Source: Heterodontus francisci
Lineage: Eukaryota
Direction: 5' to 3'
Length of the DNA: 64,000 bases
Assembly: GCF_036365525.1 (NCBI RefSeq)
Contig: NC_090397.1
Coordinates: forward strand, 68,019,781 to 68,083,780
In this document: piece by piece, positions 37,262 to 50,984 of the stretch
Layout: each line of letters opens with the position of its first letter
Numbering within the stretch: position 1 is the stretch's first letter
Notes under the pieces: model-generated
What the model saw: only the letters and a program-made list of their open reading frames with translations
Databases searched by the model: none
What the model was told of the DNA's origin: nothing
Program-made: the position numbers and the translations under genes

Positions 37262-40200
37262 TCACAGAATCATTAGAGTGCAGGAGGTCACCATTTGGCC
37301 CATCATGTCTGCACTGGTCTCTGAAAGAGCAATTCACTCAGTTCCATTCCCCTGTCTTCTCCCCATAATCCTGCACATTCTTCCTTCTTATAGAACAGTC
37401 TAATTCCCTTTTGAATGCTTCAGTTGAACTTGCCTCCACCACACTGTCAGGCAGTGCATTCCAGACCTGAACCACTCGCTGCATGAAAAAGTTTTTCCTC
37501 ATGTCACTTTTGCTTCTTACCAATTACCTGAAATCTGTGCCCTCTCATTCTTGATCCTTTCACAGTTGAGATTTCTCCCTATCAACTCTGTCCAGACCCC
37601 TCATGATTTTGAATACCTCGATCAAGTCACCTCTCAGCCTTCTCTTCTCCAAGGAAAAGAGTCCTAACTACTCCAATCTATCTTCATAACTGAAGTTCCT
37701 CATCCCTGGAATCATTCTCATGAATCTTCTCTGTACTCTCTCCAATGCCCTCACATCTTTCCTAAAGTGCAGCGCCCAGACAGCATGCAATACTCTAGCT
37801 GAGGCCAAACTAGTGTCGTCTACAAGTTCAGCATAACTTCCTTCCTCTTGTACTCTATGCTCCTATTAATAAAGCCCATAGTAACATAGGAACAGGAGTA
37901 GGCCATTCAGCCCTTCGAGCCTGCTCCACCATTCAATACGATCATGGCTGATCATCCACTTCAATGCCTTTTTCCCCACACTATCCCCAAATTCCCTTAT
38001 GTCATTTGTATTTAAAAATTTGTCAATCTCTGCTTTAAACATACTCAATGACTGAGCTTCCACAGCCCTTGGGGTAGAGAATTCCAAAGATTTACAAGCC
38101 TCTGAGTAAAGAAATTTCTCTTCATCCCTGTCCTAAGTGGCTTCCCCCTTATTTTGAAATTGTGTCCCCTGGTTCTAGACTCCCCAACCAGGGGAAATAT
38201 CTTAGCTGCATCTACCATGTCTATCCCTTCAAGTATTTTGTAGGTTTCAATGAGATCACCTCTCATTCTTCGAAACTCACTTCATAGGACAGTCCCGCCA
38301 TCCGGGAACAAGTCTGGTGAACCTTCATTGCACTCCCTCTATGGCAATAATATCCTTCCTAAGATAAGGGAATCAAAATTGCACACAGTACTCCAGGTGC
38401 GGTCTAACCAAGGTTCTATACAATTGAAGCAAGACTTCACTACTCCTGAACTAAAATCCTCTTGCGATAAAGGCTAACATACCATTAGCCTTCCTAATTG
38501 CTTGGTGCCACTGCATGTTAGCTTCCAGTGACTTATTGACAAGGACATCCAGGTCCCTTTGTACATCTACACTTTCTAATCTCTTACCATTCAAGAAATA
38601 CTCTGCACATCTGTTCCTCCTACCAAAGAGAGGAACCTCACATTTTTCCACATATATTCCATCTGACACATTCTTGCCGATTCACGAAGTCTTTCCAAAT
38701 CCCCTTTCCAAGTCCAAATCCTCCACTTTGCATCTTCCTCACAACACACATTCCCACCTAGTTCTGTGTCATCCGTGAACTTGGAAATATTACATTTGGT
38801 CCCCACATCCAAATCATTGATACATATTGTGAACAGCTGGGGCCCAACTACCGATCCTTGCGTCCATTTGTCACAGTCTGCTAACGCGAGAATGATGCGT
38901 TTATTCCTACTCTCTTTTTTTCTGCCTGTTAACCAATCCTTAATCCATGCCAGCATATTACCTCCTATCCCATGTGCTTTAATTTTGCGAACGAACCTCC
39001 TGTGGGGGGCTTTATTAAAAGCCTTTTAAAATCCAAGTATATCACGTCCACCGACTCCCCTTTATCAATTCTGTTGGTAACAGCCTCAAAAAAACTCCAA
39101 CAGGTTTGTCAAACATGATTTCCCATTCATAAATCCATGTTGACCATGCCCAATCAGATTATCCAAATGTCCATTTATCACATCCTTTAGAATAGATTCT
39201 AGCATTTTCCCAACTACTGATGTAAGGCTAACAGGTCTGTCGTTCCCTGTTTTCTCTCTCCTTCCCTTCTTAAATAGTGGAGTGACATTTGCTACCTTCC
39301 AGGATACTGTATGCTCTATGAACTGCTGTCTCAACCTGTCCTGCCACCTTCAATGTCTTACTCACATATACACCCATGTCTCTCTGTTCCTGCACCCCCT
39401 TTAGAATTGTGCCCTCTATTTAATATGGTCTCTCCATGTTCTTCCTACCAAAATGAATCACTTCACATTTCTCTGCATTGAACTTCATCTGCCATTCACC
39501 AACTTTCTTTCTGTCCTTTTGAAGTTCTATCCTCCTCACAGTTCACAATGCTTCTAAGTTTTGTATCATCTGCAAATTTTGAAATTGTGCCCTGTACATC
39601 AAGGTCTAGGTCATTAATATAGAACAGGAAAAGCAAGGGTCCCAACACTGACCCCTGGGGAACTCCACTACAAACCTTCCTTCAGCCCAAAAAACATCCA
39701 TTAACCACTACTCTTTGTTTCCGGTCACTCAACCATGTTCCTACTGTCCCTTTTATTCCATGAGCGATAACTTTGCTCACAAGTCTGTTGTGTGGCACTG
39801 TATAAAATGCCTTTTGAAAGTCCATGTACATCATATCAACTGCATTGTCCTCATCAACCCTCTCTGTTACTTCTTCAAAAAACTCCAGCAAGTTAGTTAA
39901 ACATGATTTTCCCTTAAGAAATCCATGCTGGCTTTAATTAACCCGCATTTGTCCACGTGACTATTAATTTTGTCTAGAATTATTCTTTCTAGAAGTTTCC
40001 CCACCACCGAAGTTAAACACACTGGGCTGTAGTTGCTGGGCTTATTTTTACACCCTATTTTGAACAAGGGTTTAACGTTTGCAATTCTCCAGTCCTCTGG
40101 CACCAACCCCGTGTCTAAGACTGAAAAATTATGGCCAGTGCCTCCGTGATTTCCACCCTCACTTCCCTCAGTATCCTTGGATGCATCTCATCCGGTCCTG

Positions 40201-41154
40201 GTGCTTTATCCACTTTAAGTACAGACAGCCTATCTAATACGCCCTCCTTATCAATTTTAAACCTTCTAGTGTCTGAATTACCTCTTCTTTCGTCATTGCC
40301 TGGGTTGCATTTTCTTCCTTGGTAAAGACAGATGCAAAGTATTCATTTAATACCTCAGCCATGCCCTCTGCCTCCATGCGTAAATCCACTTTATGGTCCC
40401 TAATCGGCCCAACTCCTCCTTTTACCACCCTTTTACTATTTATATGTTTATAGAAAACTTTGGGATTCCCTTTAGTGTTAGCTTCCAGTCTCTTTTCATA
40501 CTCTCTCTTTGCTTCTCTTAGTTACTTTTTCACTTCCCCTCTGGACCTTCTATATTCAGCCTGATTCTCAGTAGCATTTTCTACCTGGCATCTGTCATAA
40601 GGACACTTTTTCTTCTTTATCTTGATCTCTACCTCTTTTGTCATCCAGGAAGCTCTGGATTTGTTTACCCTACCTTTCCCCTTCAAGGTAACATACCTTG
40701 ACTGTGCCCGAAATATCTCTACTTTGAAGGTAGCCCATTTTTCCTGCCAACCTTTGACTCCAATTTATTCACCCCAGCTGCATTCTTACCCCATTGAAGT
40801 TGACTTTCCCACAGTTATTCTTATTCTTGATTGTTCTTTGTCCTTTTCCATAGTCAGCCTAAACCTTATGAAACGATGATCACTGTGCCCGAAATGATCT
40901 CCTACTGATATTTTGTCCACTTGGCCCACCTCATTCCCAAGAACCAGGTCTAGCAGTGCCACTTTTCTCATTGGACTAGAAACATACTGCTGTAGAAAAT
41001 TTTCCTGCACACATTCAAGAAACTCTTGCCCCTCACTGTCCTTTGCACTACTACTATCCCAGCCTATGCTTGGATAATTGAAGTCCCCCATTTTAACTAC
41101 GCTATACTTGTTGCACCACTCTGTAATTTCCATGCAAATCTGTTCCGCTACTTC
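37262..41154 (-). mobile_element. CR1 LINE (host), split by a second CR1 and by family A; last piece at 42436-42525
   Basis: ...taaagccca at 37878 continues ggatactgtatg at about 39302; APE motifs (MGDFNYP, SDH) at 40786-41160; KSIWLELRNK at 42436-42525. Confidence 0.88.
37879..39300 (-). mobile_element. Nested CR1 LINE, 5'-truncated
   Basis: Own CR1 tail (aacataggaacaggagtaggcc) at about 37883; RPVSLTS, QGSVVGPQLF, FTDDT, LWNSLP motifs. Confidence 0.9.
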
Positions 41155-42435
41155 AGCCAATTCGATTTACTCTGCGTGATATCAAGAAACGACTGAAGGC
41201 ACTGGATACTGCAAAAGCTATGGGCCCTGACAATATTCCGGAAATAGTACTGAAGATCTGTGCTCCAGAACTTGCCGCGCCCCTAGCCAAGCTGTTCCAG
41301 TTTGGGTTTGGGTTCCGCCAGGGCCACTCAGCTCCTGAACTCATTACAGCCCTGGTTCAAACATGGACAAAACTGAGATCAATGGGAATCAGGGGGAAAA
41401 CCCTCCGCTGGTTGCAGTCATACCTAGCACAAAGGAAGATGGTTATGGTTGTTGGAGGTCAATCAACTGAGCTCCAGGACATCACTGCAGGTGTTCCTCA
41501 GGGTAGTGTCCTTGGCCCAACCATCTTCAGCTGCTTCATCAATGACCTTCCTTCAATCATGTCAGAAGTGGGGATGTTCACTGATGATTGCACAATGTTC
41601 AGCACCATTCACGACTCCTCAGATACTGAAGCAGTCCGTGTAGAAATGCAGCAAGACCTGGACAATATCCAGGCTTGGGCTGGTAAGTGGCAAGTAACAT
41701 TTGCGCCACACAAGTGCCAGGCAATGACCATCTCAAACAAGAGAGAATCTAACCATCTCCCCTTGACATTCAATGGCATTATCATTGCTGAATCCCCCAC
41801 TATCAACATCCTAGGGGCTACCATTGACCAGAAACTGAACTGGTGTAGCCATATAAATACCGTGGCTACAAGAGCAGGTCAGAGGCTAGGAATCCTGCGG
41901 CGAGTAACTCACCTCCTGACTCTCCAAAGCCTGTCCACCATCTACAAGGCATAAGTCAGGAGTGTGATGGAATACTCTCCACTGGCCTGGATGGGTGCAG
42001 CTCGACACCATCCAGGACAAAGCAGCCCGCTTGATTGCACCATCTACAAACGTTCACTCCCTCCACCACCGACGCACAGTGGCAGCAGTGTGTACCATCT
42101 ACAAGATGCACTGCAGCAACGCACCAAGGCTCCTTAGACAGTACCTTCCAAACCTGTGACCTCGACCAACTAGAAGGACAAGGGCAGCAAATGCACGGGA
42201 ACACCATGCAAGTTCCCATCCAAGTCATACACCATCCTGACTTGGAACTATATTGCCCTTCCTTCACTGTCGCTGAGTCAAAATCCTGGAACTCCCTTCC
42301 TAAAAGCACTTCCTCACATAGACTGCAGCGGTTCAAGAAGGCAGCGCACCACCACCTTCTCAAGGGCAATTAGAGATGGGCAATAAATGCTGGCCTGGCC
42401 AGCGATGCCCACATACCATGAATGAATAAAAAAAA
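41155..42435 (+). mobile_element. Family A LINE with internal deletions, inserted in CR1
   Basis: ORF 41220..41954 (GPDNIP..., [21 protein letters not shown]); ends atgaatgaataaaaaaaa. Confidence 0.9.
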
Positions 42436-44276
42436 CATCCTTCTCACTAGTTGGTGCCCTACAGACAATACCGAGCAATGTAATTGCATCTCTTTTGTTC
42501 CTTAGCTCTAGCCAAATTGATTTAACATTGAGCAACAGAGACCATGAAGAATCCCAAGTTGAATCCTCTATCCATGCTGCATTAACTAGTCTCAGCCAAG
42601 ACAACGATGCAGACACTGTTACTGGCCTCAGTGCCCAAAGGGGCAGCAATTCTGAACAGAAGTATGTCTGTTTTTTTGGGAGGATATGATGGAACTCAGC
42701 TGTGACATTCAAGGTTGAATAATTCACCATTTCAATAAAAAAAAGGCACTTGGATGAGGGTAGCAGAGACCTGCCTGCAGCATGGAACCATAATCTGGAC
42801 TGAAATGCAATCTCTGGAATAGCAGTAAGTGGGAGGAAGAAAAGCAGAAGGAAAACTAGCAAAGGAAGACAAAAAAAAACAAGCAAATTTTTACTGGCCA
42901 TTAGTTATTTGTATGTGCAATAATTCAATAAAAAGATGAGAAGAAAATATTAAAGAGTGGACAATAAAGAGGTACCAACTATAAAAGATCTGTGTAAGTG
43001 AGTTTTGACTCTAATTCCTTGAGCAGATTAAGTGAGATTTTCCTTTCCAGAACAGAAATTTCTTAATATTCTTGGACAGTTATCATTTCATTATTCATGG
43101 TCAAACACAATCCTGCTGTCCTACAAAATCACATACTCCCATTCGGCATTACTGGGCAACAATCAAGAGCCCAGGCCATGTTATTTCCAAATTCCTCACT
43201 ACCCTGGGACTAATAACAGTGTTGTGCCAGTTTTGACCTGTTCAGCTAATTCAACATGGAGTACAGATTAAACTGTGGACATTCCTGGTCAGTACAGTTC
43301 AGCAACACACAATTTGGTACACTGAACCATTAGCAGATGTTTGGACTTTTATCATCAAGGCAAGGTTGTGGATATCAAGGAATTTTTTTTTAGCATTTGT
43401 TTTCCCTCTTCCTTCTTTCCTGAAGGAGTTGATTTCTTGCTAGAGTATGGAAGATAATCTCAATTACCTTGCCTAAGTAGCTGCTATTTATGTGCAGCAG
43501 TCTGTCATTTGAGTATCTGCTGGCTATCATAGACAACTAGGCTACAGCATGAACAGCGACAAGCACAAAAGAATCTTTCTCTGCCAACAGCCTTTGGAAG
43601 CTGTGACAGATCAGGGTGAGGCGTGTATATATAATTACATTGCACTAAAACTGTACAGGTTGCGGTTAAAAGCAACAGAGAACCGAGACAAACATTCTTT
43701 GGTACTCACCCAAACTGCAAACATGTCTGACCCAAAATATCAGTCAATAATAGGGGAACTCTTACTACTAAGTGTCACATTAACAATGCTGGCTAATCCA
43801 TACACTGGAATTCATCATCTCATAGCAAAACAAAGGCCAATTCACACTTCCATTGCATAGCCTGGATCATTTGAATTCTTCAACATGGAAATGAGGACAT
43901 TGTAACTTCAACTTAAGCAGTTAGTTTTAGCCACGGATTTGACTAATGTATATACTTATTTATAACACAATCACATACAAGACAGCTCTCACCCAAAAAT
44001 CCATGACATTTGTACAAGATGAGATCAAGTTACAAGGTTGGTATCTACTATGGTTCTCACGTTTTGTCAGCTGGCTTCCATAAATACATTTCATTTGTCT
44101 TCTCATTTCAGCATGCTGTCAATCCAAGAATCCAACAATATTGCTTTTTGAGCAGCTAGCCGTCTGGCACACATAAAACTTATCTCCATACTTAAGTTTC
44201 TCCAAACCAAGCTACAGTAAAATTAATATAAATAGAATTTCTGTTTCTGTAACATGGAGTACTTATCCCTGTAGGA

Positions 44277-44297
44277 ACACACACACACACACACACA
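44277..44297 (+). repeat. (CA)n microsatellite
   Basis: About 10 CA units. Confidence 0.9.
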
Positions 44298-44856
44298 TAT
44301 ACACCTATCTTGCCCAACTCTCTAAAACTTAGACAAAGGTTGGTGAAAGCAAAGGCTTAGTTAGAGGCATAAATATATGTATAAATACAACTGGAATTTA
44401 ACCAACTGAAATCTTGCGGCCTGCTTGGAAGGTCTGTGCAGCTTTATCCATTAAGACATGATTACCCAGACATTGTCTTTTTGGGTTACTGAGTTGTGCA
44501 TTAAGTGGTCCATCAGGATCATGTAATTTATTTCATTTTATGCAAATATACATAAAAAACACTCCCAAACAGTTGAAATTTACTGCGCCATTTCAGGAGC
44601 TGACTGCAGAAGAACAAGTAATCAGCTGCCTAAGGGTTGTGAGCTGTGTATGGTTCAAAGGCTATAACTTGAGCAGCTCTTCTTTACGGCTTGCTTTGGC
44701 TTGCAGTGTTATCTGGAGCAGGATGAGAGCATTCTCAGCACCCAATAATACAGCCACCCATCATTACCCCATTAAATGAGCCAGGCTGGTTGGTCAATCA
44801 TCAATAGTAGCCCGAAGCACTGCAGACCCATCTGGATCAAACAATAGATTACTGAG

Positions 44857-44955
44857 ATAAAAACAAGAAATGCTGGAAATACTCAGCAGGTCTGGCAGCA
44901 TCTGTGGAAAGAGAAGCAGAGTTAACGTTTCAGGTCAGTGACCCTTCTTCAGAAT
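44857..44955 (-). mobile_element. Penelope-like 99-bp insertion with 13-bp TSD
   Basis: TSD atagattactgag at 44844-44856 and 44956-44968. Confidence 0.82.
44920..44954 (-). ncRNA. Minimal type I hammerhead ribozyme-like motif
   Basis: Minus strand UU-CUGAAGA-A-GGGUC-acu-GACCU-GAAA-CG-UU-AACU: core boxes, stem II, palindromic AACGUU stem III; stem I truncated. Confidence 0.6.
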
Positions 44956-45811
44956 ATAGATTACTGAGTATGCGTTGGCAGCTGTTACTGTTTTCTATTG
45001 TCAGGAGTTTTGTTTGGTAGCTGTCAACCAGAAGACAACCGGCTCCCCATCTCCCCAATCAAAAGCAGGTAATCTCTTGTTATCATTAGCTGTGATATTC
45101 ACATAGCTATATTCCCTCATGCCTTTCACCAGCATTGACTTCAAATCTCGTCTCTTTGTATCTATCTATCCTGTTGGGGTCCAACGGATTTCATCAACAG
45201 CTGCTGCCTGGACTTCAGTTGAAAATCTGAAGGGAAAGTTACCATTTCAGTATCTCAGCAATGGAGGAGTGGACCAGTTTCACAGCTAACAGAACTGTAC
45301 TCATATGGTGCTGCTGTTGGGTCCAGAGAAACTGCTTCAATAGGAGGGTGATCTAAGAGAAGATCTGACATGGATACAAGATGATCCTCCTACTTTTAGC
45401 ATCGCACACCTTCAATAACTATTTCAAGAGTGATAAGGACAGAAGCGACACTGGTCTTTCCTCTTGACCCAGAGAATTAGAATGCCATGGGGGTGGTGGG
45501 CTGGGGCAGGGTCCAAGAGAATAGATAAATGAAAATAAGTGCAACTGTTGCAAATCTGAAATAATTTTTTGGAAATACGCAGGTCAATTAGAATCTGAAA
45601 GAGAAATCAGTCTTAAGTGGGACTCTTTAGCAGAACTACGGTGCCACACAAAATGTTAATTTTTGTCTGATGCTGACCCGTGAATTTTTAGCATTATTTC
45701 CTTAAAACCGGAATTTAAAAGGAGTTAGTTAAAATTTTAGTGTAAGGTTTCAGAGGCTCACATCAAGTTGGTATGATCTGAATGTTTACATGACAGATGG
45801 TAATGAAGTAC

Positions 45812-45910
45812 CTGCAAGTTCTCAAGCATCATTTTATCCAAAGCTTGAATGAATTCTTCATCTTCTGCACAAGGAAGATGCTTTAAGCCCCCACCCTTGA
45901 TCATCACCTC
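45812..45910 (-). CDS. UPF2: UPF2 coding exon (UPF1-binding helix)
   Basis: tgcAG|GAG...CAG|GTACTT; 99 nt; EVMIKGGGLKHLPCAEDEEFIQALDKMMLENLQ (inside ORF 45758..46027). Confidence 0.97.
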
Positions 45911-46414
45911 CTGCATAACAAAAATATAAACAAAGCACTGACTTGAGTACTTCAATTTTGGCATCCAATAACAGACATCAAAAAATCCAATTCCATTTGA
46001 AAAGTAAATATGTAAAATCATTCTCAAAACCTACTGTAGAATTTGCTGAAAATACATACGTTTCAATCTTTTAGTAAAAGTGCAGTTTTAAATTCCATCT
46101 TAAAACTGAACTGCTGAAAAGGCAGTTTAACTGCAACTTGTCATAGCTCAACAAATCTACATTTTTGTACCTGTAAATTTGTCACATAGAGGTTCCTCCT
46201 GCTTCACATTTGTGAAACAAAATCCACAAATACACACTGGCCCTAATCTGGACCTTGTACATCCAAAGATTCTGATTCGGTCTGCTGGAAAACATTTATA
46301 GGCCCATTTTCACAACCCCAAACACAGAAAGTCTAAAGTATTCCCAAAAATACTGCCTTTTTTGCTGAACTGAGCAATGCATAATAATTAAGAAGCTCAA
46401 CAACAGAGATGTGA

Positions 46415-47990
46415 ACAATAGCAACTTGCATTTATGCTGTGCTTTTAACGTACAGAAATGTCCCAAGGTGTTTCACAGGGGTGGAAGGAAAACCTGATTG
46501 TCAGCAGCGAAGTTGTAGGGCTGAAGGCAGGTGCAGATATAGAGTGATAACATAGAGGAATTTCAACTCAAGGATGACAATTTCAAGTTTCAGCTGTTGG
46601 GGGTGCAGAAGCCAATTTAGCTGAGCAAGAACAGGGTTAATGGATGGACCAGACGGTGCAGAAGAGGATAGTGCAGTGCAAATTTGAATGAGCTGAAGTT
46701 TACAGAAGGTTAAGGATGAGAGGTCACCCAGCAAATATTGGAGTAATCAAGCCTGGAGATGGCAAAAAGCATGAGAGTTGCAATGACAGATAGGCCAAGG
46801 TTAGAGGGGGAGAGGGGAGGAGCTGTTAGAGGTGGAACTAGGCAGTCTTTGCAATGAGGATATCGTGGGAAACTCAATTACTGGCCAAACAGGATGCTGA
46901 GCTGTGAATAGTCTGATTCGGCAGACTGAGAATATAGCAGAGCGGGAAGGGGCTGGCGCAAGCGTGTGGCAAAGGAAGGAAGTTTGTACTGGGGGCTAAA
47001 GTTGTCGGTTTCAGTCTTATTGTTTAGCTAGAGGAAATTACAGACAAGTAGTTTGACAGAAGAGGCAGTGGAAGGACTGAGAAAGGTTAATAGAAACCGT
47101 AGCTAGATGCCATTAGTGTAAATGTGGAAGCTGACCCCATATCTGTATTGCTGCCAAAGGTCAGAATGAGATAATGAGGTGGGGCGAGGGAATGGTCAAG
47201 AATGGAAGGTTCCGAAGTCACAGTGCAGTGATGGGAAGAGAAGCAATTGTTAGAGATGCTCTGGCTACAATGATATAGGTAAGAATGAAACTGAATGAGG
47301 ACAGTTGCAATGAACTATGCAATGGAGAAAAGACATTCCGGAGGGATGGTGTGATCGACCTCATCAAAAACTACAGAGAAATACAGGAGGACCTCAAGGG
47401 ATAATGTATCTCAGCCATAATAATAGAAAGTGCCATACCCAACTTTGGTTAGGACTGTTTCAGTGCTTTGGGAGGGATTCAAACAAGGAGCTTCAGAGAA
47501 ATAGGGAAAAGACAACATATTCAAGGATCATGAAAAGGAAATTAGTGAATGCACAGGGGTCAAGGGCATGCTTTTTAGTGGAGGGTCTGATGATGGCAGT
47601 TTTGAAAGGAAAGGGACAGTGATCAAAGAGAGGGACTGTATATGATGTCAGCTAGCATGGGGGCCCAGAAAGGAAGTGGGGATCATCAGTTTACTAGGGG
47701 TGGGATCGAGAGAGTAGAAATTGGGCTTGTAGAAGGCATGAGAGGAGAATGGAGAGAAACTAGAGTTTGAAAGAGATTTAGGATTAGAGGAGAGGGGATT
47801 GGACAAGGGGAAAAGCAACTGAACAGATGATATTGAGTTTGGCGACAAAGAAATCCATGAGCTCCCCCGAGTCGTTGGAGGGGAGAATAGTGGGGGCAAG
47901 AATGAAGTATTTAATGAGGCAGTTGGTAGCAAAGAACCGCAACTTGGAATGATTTTAGCCCTCTGAAAATTAGTAGACAAGTTTAGCAAA
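46415..47990 (-). mobile_element. Degraded L2 LINE
   Basis: L2 tail (caacttgcatttatgctgtgcttttaacg) at about 46420; L2 motifs INPVLAQLNWL and SLDPTPSKL; purine-rich + strand. Confidence 0.75.
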
Positions 47991-49033
47991 GGAGAGCAAA
48001 GTACAAGAGAGCTTAATATGGTTGAGCCAATTCTGATAAGGGAAAGCTAAACCAGCTGTGTAACTAAAGATTCGTGCCAATCTTACAGTAGACTGCATCG
48101 ATCTTAAAAGGTGGTTTCAGAGCAATGCCATAGATGTATGGCAATTAGAATGAAGGAAATAAACGATGGAATATGCATAGACTTTCTCTCTGATTATTTT
48201 CTTGCACCAGTACTAACATGTGCTCAAAAAAAATACAAAGAATGATGGGGCAGAATGATTAAAAATGTCACGCCCTCACTTCTGCTTTTATACTGCACAC
48301 CCAGAGTCAAAGTACACATTTTGTATTTGTTAAATTGTGAAAGGTCTTTGGGTGTATTGGGCCCAATTATTTAAATTTCATTGGTAGATATATAAATATA
48401 TATGTGTAAATATAAGTCAGTGTGCCTGCTTGTCTTTCCATGCTAATTACATGACAACTTGGATTAATCAGATCCCCACAATGACACAAGGGAACATTTT
48501 TTTATATATTGTTCACGGCCTATTACTTAAACTTCACATCATGGTCAGGTTCTGACTTACTCAGCGCATCTGCAGTTGGATACAAATCTTTGCTCCACTC
48601 TTAATTGTGACCATTTACCAAACACCCAGTCCAATCAGCCTCTATGTCCCATTGTAATTCTTGGCCCGTCCAATCTAACCCAATCTCTTCCCTCTGCTCT
48701 GCCTAGTTTGGTCTCACGGGCCAGCTAATCCTGGCAAGCTTCCAGCTACCTAATCCCAAGCTGCATGTATTAGCAGTCAATCTTTTTTTTTATTTATTCA
48801 TGGGATGTGGGCGTCACTGGCCAGGCCAGCATTTATTGCCCATCCCTAATTGCCAATGAGAAGGTGGTGTTGAGCTGCCTTCTTGAACCGCTGCAGTCCG
48901 TGTGAGGTAGGTACACCCACAGTGTTATTAGGAAGGGAGTTCCAGGATTTTGACCCAGCGACAGCGAAGGAACGGCAATATAGTTCCAAGTCAGGATGGC
49001 ATGTGGCTTGGATGGGAACTTGCAGGTGGTGAT

Positions 49034-49085
49034 AAAGAACAAAGAACAGTACAGCACCGGAACAGGCCATTCGGCCTACCAAGCC
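49034..49085 (-). mobile_element. Extreme 3' tip of young CR1 subfamily
   Basis: Reverse complement of the tail at 55425-55475 (gccgaatggcctgttcc..tgctgtactgttctttgttct). Confidence 0.8.
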
Positions 49086-49824
49086 ATGCATCTGCTGCTC
49101 TTGTCCTTCGAGGTGGTAGAGGTCGGGGGTTTGGAAGGTGCTGTCTGAGGAGCCTTGGTGCGTTGCTGCAGTGCATCTTGTAGATGGTACACACTGCTGC
49201 CCCTGTGTGTCAGTGGTGGAGGGAGTGAATGTTCGTGGTCGGTGTGCCAATCAAGCGGGCTGCTTTGTCCTGGATGGTGTCGAGCTTCTTGAGTGTTGTT
49301 GGAGCTCCTGACTTGTAGATGGTGGACAGGCTTTGGAGAGTCAGGAGGTGAGTTACTCGTCGCAGGATTCCTAGCCTCTGACCTGCTCTTGTAGCCACGG
49401 TATTTATATGGCTACTCCAGTTCAGTTTCTGGTCAATGGTAGCCCCTAGGATGTTGATAGTGGGGGATTCAACAATGGTAATGCCGTTGAATGTCAAGGG
49501 GAGATGGTTAGATTCTCTCTTGTTGGAGATGGTCATTGCCTGGCACTTGTGTGGCGCAAATGTCACTTGCCACTTATCAGCCCAAACCTGGATATTGTCC
49601 AGGTCTTTCTGCATTTAAACACAGACTGCTTCAGCATCTGAGGAGTCGCGAATGGTGCTGAACATTGTGCAATCATCAGCGAACATCCCCACTTCTGACC
49701 TTATGACTGAAGGAAGGTCATTGATGAAGCAGCTGAAGATGGTTGGGCCTAGGACACTACCCTGATTAACTCCTGCAGTGATGTCCTGGAGCTCAGATGA
49801 TTGACCTCCTACAACCACAGCCAC

Positions 49825-50148
49825 CACAGTGGCGCAGTGGTTAGCACCACAGCCTCACAGCTCCAGCGACCCGGGTTCGATTCTGGGTACTGCCTGTGCC
49901 TAGTTTGCAAGTTCTCCCTGTGACCGCATGGGTTTTCGCCGGGTACTCCGGTTTCCTCCCACAGCCAAAGACTTGCAGGTTGATAGGTAAATTAGCCATT
50001 ATAAGTTGCCCCTAGTGTAGGTAGGGGGAAAGTGGGGATGTGGTAGGAATATGGGATTAATGTCGGATTAGTATAAATGGGTGGTTGATGGTCGGCACAG
50101 ACTCGGTGGGCCGAAGGGCCTGTTTCAGTGCTGTATCTCTAAATAAAT
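49825..50148 (+). mobile_element. HE1-like V-SINE
   Basis: Same head, V-domain and tail as 22457-22794. Confidence 0.92.
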
Positions 50149-50984
50149 TTTAAAAAATAAATCTTCCTTTGCGCTAGGTATGACTCCAACCAGCAGAGAG
50201 TTTTCCCCTCGATTCCCAATGACTTCAGTTTTGCTAGGGCTCCTTGATGTCATATTCGGTCAAATGCTGCCTTGATGTCATGGGCAGTCACTCTCACCTC
50301 ACCTCTTGAGTTCAGCTCTTTTGTCCATGTTTGAACCAAGGCTGTAATGAGGTCAGGTGCTGAGTGGCCCTGTCGGAACCCAAACTGGGTATCACTCAGC
50401 AGGTTATTGCCTATTTATGGCTCCCGAGCCAACAGCCTTTGCCTGAAAATTCCCCCTCTTGCTTTTAGATAATGGGATGGTGAGCAGTATTGCAGGAGAT
50501 CCCCAGTTAGTCTTTAAAAATACAGAAGTTTAAAAACAACACAAATTACAACTAGTGTGTTACTAATAACATAGAACTTTTGTCTCAGCTAGATTAGGAT
50601 TCTGAAGTTGGCATAAATGTTGTGTAATTATCTTTTTGTTCTTGTACAAAGAACTAGCATGGGCAACAAAGTGCTGGATTTCCTCCTCTGTGCTGCATCA
50701 TTCTGTGATGTGCTATTATAAAACTCAAAAAACTTAGGATCAGCTGCCCATATTCTCACATTCAAGTAACAATGTATTTGAATTCCTAAATCACTCTGCT
50801 CATCCACACCCTTCAGTGTTGCTCCGATAACTGTATCCTCCCATTCCTTGCTTTTCTTCCAACAATGTATTCCATCACCCTTCTCCGCATTAAATTGCAC
50901 CTTCCTCTTCATTCTGCGAACCTATTAAAATCCTCAGAAAGTGTTTTTACAGTCTGCCTCATTGTTTGCCAAACTCTTTAAAAG

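Larger units (their letters stand above)
48783..50410 (-). mobile_element. Family A LINE containing an HE1 SINE and a CR1 tail
   Basis: QGSVLGPTIF, FADDCT, KWQVTFAPHKC motifs in ORFs 49210..49827; continues after the SINE at 50161. Confidence 0.9.
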
